NCBI RefSeq assembly: GCF_018350175.1
Contig: NC_058368.1
Span: forward strand, 138,634,001 to 138,698,000
Source of the DNA: Felis catus
Taxonomy: Eukaryota
Length of the DNA: 64,000 nucleotides
Direction of reading: 5' to 3'
Numbering within the stretch: position 1 is the first letter of the stretch; each line of letters begins with the position of its first letter. Both the position numbers and the translations under genes were made by a program. The notes under the pieces were generated by a model, which saw only the letters and a list, made by a program, of their open reading frames with translations, searched no databases and had not been told where the DNA came from. This document shows, in pieces, positions 10,567-21,427 of this stretch.

Positions 10567-12309
10567 GAGTACAGTATTTATTAAAAGAAAGAAAATAAAT
10601 GCGTCATCTATTTTTATCTCCAGGTATGTGAGAATTGTATTGTAATCAATAAGGAGCATAGCCTCAGTGAGTGAAAGAACATTTTCTCCCCTGGTGGATT
10701 GTTATGTTTCTGGAAATCAGTGGGAGCATTACGCCAACAGGGCCTGGGTCTGGATTCTGTAATACTTGGAGTGGTTTACTCAGTGGAGTCCTTCAGTCAT
10801 ACAATTAAGTCTTCCCCACAGACCCACCCCCCCCCAAATTTGTCGCTCATAATGCTGCTTTGTCTGAGGTACAGCAGATTTGCTTTCGTTTTCATTTGAG
10901 TTTGAAGTGGGAGGTTGCAAGGGTGAGGTCTGGGCTCTAAGAGTATGTATAAGTTATAATTATATTTCTTCACGTTATGCCTTTGATTATGCTTTGATTT
11001 GATGGATTGCACACCCCCTACTGAGCACGCCAGGATCCTTTTGACAAAAACTAAATACACATATTTTCATTAACCTTCCCAGTCACTTCCCAGAAATATC
11101 TTTTGAGAAGTCTCTCAGTGTTCCATGACAGCCTCTCTTGCTAAAATCTTACCCCAAAGCCACAAAATTACTATTAAGAAATACTTTCTAGAAACCTTGC
11201 GACACTTCTCTTCCAGCACAGAGTCTTTGGGGGCCACTGGTGTGGCCATGTTGATCAATCTGATCATTTGCTTTATTCAGATACTAGGATGGACTGATGA
11301 TTGCCTCCCTGAGGTAATATTTTCTTTGACCGAATAGATGAATACAGAATCAGCAATTTACTGGAGCTTCTATAGTGATGACCTCAGGGTATGGTATCTG
11401 GGTTCAGCAACCACTTCGTTACTGCGTGACCACTGATATAAACCACTTCCTGTCTACGTTTTCAGGACCAAAAGATGATAAGTAGAGAATTCCACTTGTG
11501 CCCAAATATAGCCAATCAATATTCAGAACTGGTAGGCTGGGATAACTATTTTTAAGAAACCATAATGTGAATAATGATTATTATTTTTAGTATTCATTTG
11601 TCTTGAGTTCATACGCATGGAATATTTTGTTTTAGGGACTGAAAGTGGAGGAAGAACATTGAGAGGGGTTGTACATTTTTTTGAGTTTTTCCATGCCCTC
11701 AACCCTGAGAGAGCATGGAGAGACTGGTCACAGAGAGAAGTGCCTGTTAGCTGTTCCTCACCCCAACTCCTAGGCTGGCGTTAAGCTCCCTGAGGAGTGA
11801 GATTAGAACACCAACTTAAAGAGCTGGATTTCTGGGAGACTTTGTGAGACCCCAGGCAACAACAGTGCTACTTTAAGCCCAAGAGTCCTTGATTTGAGCG
11901 GAAAGCCAATGTCCCCATTGCTACACGGAACCTGGCCCCCTTTGACGCTGTTGAAACTGACAGCAACATTGGAGATAGACAGCACTCCAAGTGAACACGG
12001 GCATTTTCACACAGCATCAGCATGGAGAATGGGGGGACAGTGGGTTGTGGGTCCAGCAGAGGCACAGAGGGAGTCCAAGGCACATAACGGGGGACAGACT
12101 ATGGCTCACACGCTGTTCCCAAGAAATGGGAGATTCTCTTCAGGAGTACCAAGAAATACTTAGACACAAAACACTTGAAAGGTACTAAGCCAGGCGTGAA
12201 GACAAGATTCTTGATAAGCAAGTGGGCCAAAAGAAACTCAGGACTACTGATACCATTGTGATTTCATTTGTAGCTACAGAAAATAATAAATCAAAATTGT
12301 CTTAAATAT

Positions 12310-12500
12310 TTTACACTAATAATACCAAGTGTTGTCTAGGGTGTAGAGCAACTGAAATTCACGTACGTTGCTCTTGGGAATGCAAAATGATAGAGTCACC
12401 TTGGAAAACAGTATGGCAGTTGCTGATACACATAACACAATCCTGTTCCTTGGTGTTTACCCAAAGGAATTGAAAACATATATGTGCACAAGGGCTTGTA
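12310..12500 (+). mobile_element. Old L1M fragment (end of ORF2)
   Basis: taataccaagtgttg...gagcaactgaaattc...gggaatgcaaaatg...ttggaaaacagtatggcagtt. Confidence 0.75.
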
Positions 12501-14989
12501 ACAATCACTTTCCGGTGTAAGGGTATCTTATTTATGTCTGTTTTGCTGTTTTTTAAGTGCTAAAAATTTTCCTTAAATAATTTTCCTTTTAATATTTTGA
12601 GTGACTGAATTTTTTAGTATTTTTTCTCCCTTTCACATCTTTTCTGAAACTTAGAATACATAAGACGGAACTCTTACCATCAGTAGTATCATCAAGAGCA
12701 TCAGTATTATTATGGACTATTAAAAAGTATGATTCTTGATGAATTGGAAAAGAGACTTCAGACTCCAAATTGACACATAGTATTGCTGGGTAACACACCC
12801 TCCCACCAGTACCCTGAGAAAGTTCTAGGTTTTTAGATAATATGAGTGTGTTGTCATCTCTGAAACCTCTTAAGCCTTAATGGGTCAATTATGATTCTCA
12901 CTTTCTTTGATTTTTCTTTCAGATTACTTTTACGTGCAGGCTGTCTTTACACATCTAAATATTTAACCACATCAACAGAGCTTTCTTTTAGTTTAGTTTT
13001 TTTTTTTTTTTTTTCCTGGAATGTTGGATTCTCTATAGCTACCCATCTTGACCCCTGACATCTTTATATGCAGAGAACAGTGGTCAAATCAGCAATCATT
13101 ACTCTTTGGTTTAAGAAGAGGTCAGACAGGACAATGAGCTAAAAGTCAAGGTAACAAAAGAACTGAAGGCTGCAGTGGGTCCTCTTCACAAGTGAGTGAA
13201 CTTGATTCTTGCTTATTGGGATGTGAGGAATCTGGGGCTATTTCAGGAATGTCAGTAATTTTGCCCTAAAGCAACTTTGATCTTGTTGCCTGCACCCCCC
13301 CCCCCCACCACCGCCCCCTGCCCCAAGGTTGGTCATTAAGTGGAAACAGGGAGACCAGGGCTGTGTGTTAACCTAGAGTCACTACTCACTGCTTAAATAC
13401 ATCTGCTTTTATTGTTCTCTTTACTTGGAAGGAAAAAACCCCAACCTCCCAACCCTCCTCAGAAGAGCTCCAAGACTCCAGCTGATGCCCTCACTAAGAG
13501 GAATGCCTTAGAAACCAGTAAAAAAAAAAACAGAAGAAGAAAAGAGGGTCTCCGGCCACAACTTCCTCAAGGAATAATTCCCTTCTGTCTTCCCCAGTTC
13601 ATGCTCAAATCCCAACAGAGGTGGGGTTTCCTGGAGCTTCAAGGAAATTTCTTAAAAAGAGAAAAGGGGGAAATTTATGTATAATTTCTATTGTATCGAG
13701 TCACAAAAAAAAGTTTCCCACCCTTTCTTTGCTTTTAAGCTTTTAACTTTTAATAGTGGCATTTAATATGAATTAGCCACAACAATGACATTTTATGCCT
13801 CATTCTTCTGGAAACAACCAGTTTATGAGTGGTTAGGCCTACTTTACCTCCTAGAGTAGTCTGTGGGAGTTCTCTGGGTGAAGAAATCCTCCCAAATTCT
13901 CATGTTTCTACATAAGCATTGATCAAGGCAAGAATGCCATTGTCTCCGGTTTAATTCTGTTTCTCAAACTATAACTTGCGAAGGGTCCTCTTTTGTTCAC
14001 ATTCTCTCCCCATGTGCCTGAGGTTTAGGATCTGTCATCTACCAGGTTTAGAGATTTGCATGTATTTTATTGTGTTTTCCAAAATTAAGAGGCCAAGTTC
14101 CCCAAGAGCAATTACTAAGTCTTGTTTAAGAGTCCATCACCTTATGAAAAGAAATGGCCAGCACACTTGTTCAAACAAAATGTGTGCCAGTTTTCTTTAT
14201 TTTACAGGCTTATAAAAATGTTTTGCTTACACCAGGGGATTCTGAACATGTTTATGAACATTTTCCAAATGTCTTGAAGTCCAAAGTTGGGAGCCCAATA
14301 ATGGTCAGTTGATGAGTTTGAGGGAGCCGTTCTAGGGCATGAGAGCTCTGTGCTGGCTTCCTTCCTCTCTCCCAACTCACCAGGACTCTGTCTCTCCAAG
14401 ATTCTCTGTTCCCTTTAGGAAATACTCCCAGGGCAATGTTGTCCTCAGGGAAGTACCTTTATAACAAAGAAAAAAGGGGACTGAGCAAGATGTACTTAGC
14501 TTTTGAGGATTTAAAACATGCAACAGAATTCTGTTAGCATTTTAGGGCCCACTTCCTTGAAATTCCTTATCCCAGTCCTTAGGAGGATTGTGGAAGCACT
14601 CAGCATTACCGAGAAGTTAATTCACATGCACATTGATGGAACTCCGCATGGCATTCAGAATTGCAGCAGGCCCCCTGACAAATGATAATGTGTGCTTACA
14701 AATAAAATGTGGCAGTGATTACTCAATTTACAAAGCATTCATCACTAGAATTTGTTTACATGGCATTTAAAGGAGAAAGTAATTTATGTAAGTTCAAATT
14801 ACACCTAGAGTTTTATGAATGTACCTAGGGTGCATAGAATCTCCATTTCCCTCCCTCCAATATAACCACACTCATACAGACAGAGACGCTTACATACATA
14901 AACTTCCCTTCCAAGCAAGTGGAGCCATAAGAATAAAATAAAGAAGGACCTTATTGCTCTCCTATGATCATTCTGTCTCCCTCCTAGAA

Positions 14990-15170
14990 TCAAAATGTCA
15001 TGCACAAAGTCTTTTAGATCACCTAGTCCAATCTTCATTTTATGGATGAGAAACCAAGGCCAGAGAAGTGAAGTGATTTGGCCAGAAGTCACAGAGTTCA
15101 TCGACAGTTGAGCTGAGACTAGAACCCAAGCTATGAGCCTCACATCAACAGCCTGCGCTCTTCCCATTAA
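14990..15170 (-). mobile_element. MIR
   Basis: cattttatggatgagaaaccaaggccagagaagtgaagtgatttggccagaagtcacag...agaacccaag. Confidence 0.78.
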
Positions 15171-17359
15171 GTTCTGTTCCCACACCTAGGCAGATATGTG
15201 CTTCTTTATTCAGAGACCTACAGAGAAGATGACTTTACATCCTGTCTGAGAAACTTGTCTTCCAGTTTGACTTGTGCACACTCTCACTGAAAACTTCCTC
15301 TAACTGAATCTAATCAGAACTGTCCATGTCATAAGAGAACATCTGTGTCCAGATGGATGTGGGTTAAGATGGTCAGCCTTTAGTGCAACATAACCCTGCT
15401 ACGTAAAATGGCTAAAAACCTAACCCTCTAGGTTGTATGTGTGTGTGTTTCAACAAGGCCGAATATTCTAAATTCCTTCAGCTTTGTCTCAAAACCCTAT
15501 GTTTTATTCTTTAATTATCTTTATAGATTCCTCAGAACCCATCCTACATTCTTAACATCTCTCTAGACGGGTGCATTTTAGACTGAGATACAGGATTGTA
15601 AACAGGCCCTGCTTGGTGCTGACCTTTGGAGAAAGGTAGCACAGACTTACTAACAACTTCAGCTGTTTCATTTCACAAAATTTTAGTACTTTCCTTTGAT
15701 TAGAAGAAAATTCCCACAAGATTAAATTATTTCTTCTTCTTGGCAAGTATGCTAAAGCAGTCATTGGGGGGCTGTGAGCAAAAGCATGCAATTTTCATCA
15801 TTATGACTATTGTTGCAACAAACTTTATTTTTAAACTACTTAATATATGACTTCTTAGAGGCCTGATTTGTCTGTTCTTTGAGGTGGAAATATTTGTCAC
15901 AATCTTGTTCTGCTGCCCGATAAATCAAAATGTTGAGCCTCTTGTAATAAAAATAGTTGCTTTGAAGTATAACCTTAAATGTCTAATTTCCTACCAGTAA
16001 TAATGAGGCTTTATCCAGCCATTTTGGGGGACTGGGTTTTCTTTCTTTCTCTCTCTCTCTCTCTCCTTTTGTTTTTCTAACATGTGGGCTGTCTAATGAC
16101 AGGATTTTGTATTGCAGATGTTTTGGCGAGAGAAGCAATAAGTGACGGGTACACATCTCAGACTTTCATACCACCCAAGTGGCTGTTACGTCACTGGCCA
16201 GTGTGAGCCTATCCAGACCATCTCTACCAACCTCCCCCCCCCCTTTTATTTCATGTTGCTAACCCTTTAGTTATCAACGCAAAATAACAGAAATTCTTTA
16301 TGCGGCCATTATTACACAGACATCCAAAGAAAGGTAAAAGAATCTAAAACCACACAGAAGTTTAAACCCATGTGGTTTTAATAAGAAAAAAAGAAAGAGA
16401 TGGTTTAATTAAGTAATAAGACTAGACTCCCTGGTGGTTAATAAGGTAATTTGCCACATGATTAAAGGTATATGCAAGTGGAATTTCTGTGGTAACGTTC
16501 TCGCTCAACTGGATGCTTTTTAGAGACGGGGATTGTTAGTCCCTTGAATACTTATGAGTCTTTGGAAACAAGAGAAAAGCAACAACAAAGAGTCACTTTT
16601 GAAATGCTTTCACCATCGTCCCCATTTTTTCAAGAAGACAGAGGCAACAGAGGACCTCATGGGACACCACAGTTCAGCAGCAGAGCTGGGTGCACACCTC
16701 CGTGTTCTCGGCACCAAGGCCAGAGAGGCACCGTGAGGCCCTCACGGGAACACAGACCAGGTCCTGCTCTGACCCTTCTCTGGAACACATGAGCAGAGGC
16801 TGAGGGTTTGACAAACTGAAGCCTCCAGGACACTAGCTCAGCTTAAAAAATGCTTCCATTTATCCATTTACCAGCTATCTTCCTACTTCTGTGTCTCTTC
16901 TCTCCACATCATGTTGACATGTCTCCATGGCTTCTTGACGGCTCTTCCCTCCCTGGGGCATTCCTTGTTAGCTTTGCTATAGATCAGGTGATCTGGTTAA
17001 CGTAGACCACTTGGAGCCCCTGCTGCTAGGCGAACCGTGAAGGCTGTTCACCTGCCCGCCATGGTGGGGACACTGGTTCCAAAGCCCTCTGCCAGGTGCC
17101 TGTGTGCTCAGAAGCTCAACTGTCCTCCCTGGATCCAGGCTCCTCACTGTTGTGATCTGTGCGACCCCCAAAGACATTTGCTTTTCTGTATTTGTTGAAG
17201 GAAGGCACAATAATTCAAAATGCTCTGCAAACCCCAAGGTGCTGCATGCACCTGTCAGATTACCGTCATTATCTTCTCTCTGCAGCCTCTTCCAAGGGTC
17301 CCCAGGGGGCTTCTTGTCTTGGGGAAAGAAGGTCCCTGCCAGGTCTAATAGTCTATGAT

Positions 17360-18095
17360 TCTTCATTCATTCACTTCTTTGACAAAATATGTATTGAATC
17401 GGGGCTGCTACAGTGACTAGGAATGCAAAGTCCCTGCCCTCACGTCGCCTACTTTTCTGGGAGAATGATAGACAATAAACAAGAAAACAACTAGAATCAT
17501 GAGAAAGCATGGTAAATGTTTAGAGAAAATTAATAGGCTCGTGCAATGGGGAGTCAATGAAGCGGCAGCTGCTTTAGGCAGAGGGTCACAGAGGGCCACT
17601 CGGAGGTGGAGCATTCCAGCTCTGGTGCACAGTATGAGTCAGCTGCACCAGAAGCCTATTCCAGGGAGAGCGTTGAGGACTTCCAGTGTGAAACAGCTCG
17701 GACAGTGGAGGAACTGAGAAGCGGCCCGTGTGCCCAGGACCAAGTGAATCTCTGAGATAAAGTCAGAGAAATAGGCAGGGGCCAGGTCACGTGGGATCCT
17801 CCAGGCCGGGGTAATCCGTGCAAACTTGATGCTGAGAACGAGGGGAGCTATTCAAGGTGCTGAGCAGGGGTGTGGCATGACCTGATGCACACAGAATGTC
17901 ACTCAGACTGATGTGCGGAGAATGGAGAAAGGGTGCAAGACGGAAGAAAGAGACCAAGGGGAGAATATTGAAGTAACTCACAGGGGCAGTGAAGGTGACT
18001 TGGACGAGGAAGATGGCAATGGATAAAGAAAGGAGTGGGGAAATGTGAAGTATAGTCTGGAGGTGGAGCTGTGAGGGATCACAGAGGGTCCAAGT
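17360..18095 (-). mobile_element. L2 3' region
   Basis: Begins cattcattca (antisense L2 tail), then gtccctgccctcacg and tgagataaagtcagagaaataggcaggggccag. Confidence 0.8.
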
Positions 18096-18444
18096 GTACA
18101 TGTTGCACACATTATCCGTGCAGGCTAGACGGTGGGCACAGTGGAAGAGGAGGAAGAAGAGGAAATTCCAAAAGGCTCTCTATCTTGTAACCTGTTCTCT
18201 AGGAAAACTGTGTCTGTGGGCCTCCCTGTCTTTTGATGCATAGGGAGAGGACACTCTCTAAATAAACCATGTCCTGACCACATATGGCTAGATAAATGAA
18301 AATCAGTGTATCGATTCCCTTGAAAGGGCACAGGAAACCACTATGTGTTCTACGCACAAAACCGTCTTGTTTCAGGCTGACCCACAGATGCCTCCGTTCA
18401 ATTAGTGTAGTCTCTATACAGCCAGGACTGAATTCGGGTATCTT

Positions 18445-18666
18445 TTTTTTAATTTTTTTTTTAAACTTTTATTTATTTTTGAGACAGAGAGAGACAGAGC
18501 ATGAACTGGGGAGGAGCAGAGAGAGAGGGAGACACAGAATCCGAAACAGGCTCCAGGCTCTGAGCTGTCAGCACAGAGCCCGACGCGGGGCTCGAACCCA
18601 CGGACCGCGAGATCATGACCTGAGCCGAAGTCGGACGCCCAACCGACCAAGCCACCCAGGCGCCCC
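18445..18666 (-). mobile_element. Feline Can-SINE
   Basis: Full antisense element; 16-bp TSD tgaa(t/c)tcgggtatctt (18429-18444 / 18667-18682). Confidence 0.96.
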
Positions 18667-18789
18667 TGAACTCGGGTATCTTAAAAGCACTTGGACTTTT
18701 CCTAGACACCCTAAAATCAAACAGTTACAACAAAAGGAACATGAGAACTGTAGCCCTCTACTCGTTCTCTCTCTCTCTCTTTCCCACTC

Positions 18790-20385
18790 AACTTTTTATT
18801 TTGAAAAAATTGCAGACTTCTAGGAAATTGCAAAGCTGTGACAGAGAGCTCGCGTGTATCCTTAATCTAATTACCTCAATGGTTGCATCTTGTATAACTC
18901 TAACACAGTATTAAAACCAGGAAGTCGACATTGATACACTGTATGTGTATAGTTCTATTCCATTTTATCACATGTATACATTTCTATAAGCACCAGCACA
19001 ACCAAGATACAGATCACCACAAAGATCTCCTGGCGACAGTATCTTACCAGTTTCAGTGAAGTGTAGAAACCTTACCTCCCTTTATGTCCTTGTCCCTCCT
19101 GCCACTGCCATGATCTACGGTATAATTGTCTCAAATATTTCGTCTATATACATTGGAATCCACATCAGACCATGTTATGCTTTTTGCTTTGACTGACAAA
19201 TCTAATTTAGAAAACGTATGAGAAGGAAAGCCCATTTTATTTATTCATATTTTTACTCTTTCACTCTTTTTCCGTCTTCCTTCCAGATGCTTCGGAATTC
19301 ATCCCTTTCTATGTCGAGAACTTCCTTTAGCCATGCGTTCAAAGCAGGTCTGCTAGAAACAGATTCTTTTCGTTTTCCTTCACCCAAGAATGTTTGGATT
19401 TGTCTCTTCCTGAGGGATAATTTCGTAGCATACAGAATTCACAGTTCTTTTCTTTCAGCTCTTAAAAAAATGTTGTGCTATTTCTTTTTCGCCCTCCCCC
19501 CCCCCCCCCACTCTGTCCCAATTTCTGATGAGGAATCCACTGTCATTCCAACTGGTTTTCCTGTGTTGGTAAAGTGACATTGCTTTCTCATTGCTTTCAA
19601 GATTTTTTTTTTTAAGTTTGGTAATTAATTTTGAGAGAGAGAGACAGTGCAAGTTGGGGCGGGGCAGAGAGAGAGGGAAAGAGAGAGAATCCTAAGCAGG
19701 CTCTGCACCGTTAGTGCCCTAACAGTGCAGAGCCTGATGCGGGGCTCGAACCCACAAAGCTGTGAGATCATGACCGGGGCTGAAATCAAGAGTTTGATGC
19801 TGAACCGACTGAGCCACGTAGACGCCCCTCTGATGTTTGATTTTAATGTGTCTTTGTATGGATTTCTTTGGATCTGTCATGCTTGGAATTCTCTCAACTA
19901 CTTGAAAGTGAATGTTTCTCATTTTTTTGTGTGTGTCAAATTTACCAAGTTTTCAGTCATTATTTCCCTGAGTACTTTTTTCAGTCTTACCCTTTTCTCT
20001 TCTCTGAGACTCTGATGACATGCATGTCAGATCCTTTGTTACAGTCCCATGGTTCTCTGAAATGTCTGTTCATTTTACCTTTTTTTTTTTTAGTCTATAT
20101 TTTCTCTTTTCCTCAGATTGGGTAATTCCTATTCTATCTTCAAGTTCATAGATTCCTTCTCTGTCCTTGTCATTCTGCTGTTGAGCCCCATTACTTTTTT
20201 TGGCTTCTAAAATTTTTGCTTATTTCCTCTACTTTTTTTTTTCTTACTGACACTTCCTTTCATTATTTCCAGCACATTCATAATGGTTTGTTAACGCAGT
20301 TTTACAATGGCTGCTTTAAATTCCTTGTCAGATAATTCCAACAGATGTGACATCTCAGTGCTGGTGTCTGTTGATATCTTCTATT
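18790..20385 (-). mobile_element. Old L1M fragments (L1MC/L1MD-like), interrupted by a SINE
   Basis: actttttattttgaaaaaattgcagact...aaaaccaggaag...cattgataca; T-rich antisense ORF sequence aagttttcagtcattattt, ttgtcagataattcca. Confidence 0.75.
19603..19828 (-). mobile_element. Can-SINE with an extended internal palindrome, no clear TSD
   Basis: Antisense body ending gagccacgtagacgcccc. Confidence 0.92.
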
Positions 20386-20521
20386 CTCTTCTACAAAACA
20401 TTTTACTCATTACCCCCTTGTCAGAATGATTCAACCATCCCTTGCTCTAAGGACAAACATGTTTTCGGGTTTCCATATTTTGGTCTGTGTTGTGTGTGTG
20501 TGTCTGTTGCCATACAACCTA

Positions 20522-20705
20522 AGCATTTTACAGTAGTTAGGAGCATAGGCTTTAGATTAGTAAAATTAGTAATAAAATCAGATCCAAACTCGATTTTACC
20601 ACTTACCAGTTCTGTGACGTTGGACAAGTTATTTAACTTTTGAGCTTCAATCGCCTCATCTATAATGGGATATGGATACATTTCTTACTCATAACATTTG
20701 TGGGG
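20522..20705 (+). mobile_element. MIR
   Basis: accacttaccagttctgtgacgttggacaagttatttaacttttgagcttcaatcgcctcatctataatggga. Confidence 0.78.
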
Positions 20706-20810
20706 GAGAGTAGGGAGAAGAAGGAACAGGATAAATAGATGATGGGTTTTTTAATTAGCAAAGACTGTTTCACAGTATTCGAGAACTTTTAAACAAAATT
20801 TATTATGAAT

Positions 20811-21034
20811 AGGGCTCTGTCAGTTAAGCATCCTCCTCTTGATTTCGGCTCAGGTCATGATCTCACTGTTCGTGGGTTCGAGCCCCACGTCAAGCTCTGC
20901 GCTGATAGCACGGAGCCTGCTTGGGATTCTCTCTCTCCCTCTTCCTCTCTCTCTTCTCTCTCTCTCTCTTTCTCTCTGCCCCTCTCCTGCCAGTGTGCAT
21001 GTTCCCTCTCTCTCTCAAAATAAATAAACTTAAA
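20811..21034 (+). mobile_element. Can-SINE with shortened 5' end
   Basis: Starts agggctctgtcagttaag (lacks cgcctgggtg); TSD-like aaaatt(ta/c)ttatgaa on both sides. Confidence 0.92.
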
Positions 21035-21208
21035 AAAATTCTTATGAAAGATAACATATGCACAGAAGAGTGTATAAAACATAAATGTACATTTATAAAA
21101 AACGAAAGTGAAGATCCACAGTCAAAGAACAGAAGAGCCATCATCACAAAATAGAAGATTACCAGTCCCTTAGAAGTTTAGCAGCTAGATTTACCAACCA
21201 AAAATTCT

Positions 21209-21427
21209 CGGGTGCCTGGGTGGCTCAGTGGGTTAAGCATCTGACTCTTGGTTTTGGCTCAGGTCATGATCTCATGGTTCGGATTGCGAGTCTGAGCTCC
21301 ACATCGAGTTCTGCGCTGACCGTGTGGAGCCTGCTTGGGATTTTCTCTCTTTTCTCTGCCCCTCTCCCACCTCTCTCTCTCTCTCTCTCTCTCTCAAAGA
21401 AATAAATAAAAATGTTTAAAAATGTTT
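21209..21427 (+). mobile_element. Can-SINE
   Basis: gggtgcctgggtggctcagtgg head, (CT)n, tail; short TSD aaaaattc. Confidence 0.93.

Noticed and set aside
11010..11240. Possible hAT/Charlie DNA transposon relic
   Set aside because: Only a vague terminal resemblance (tttgggggccactg); cannot be assigned without a Dfam search
14512..14545. Imperfect palindrome around aacagaattctgtt (14522-14535)
   Set aside because: A 14-bp perfect core is plausible by chance in 64 kb; no other support
16118..16206. Possible plus-strand exon after ttttgtattgcag
   Set aside because: No convincing donor, and all frames stop within about 90 nt
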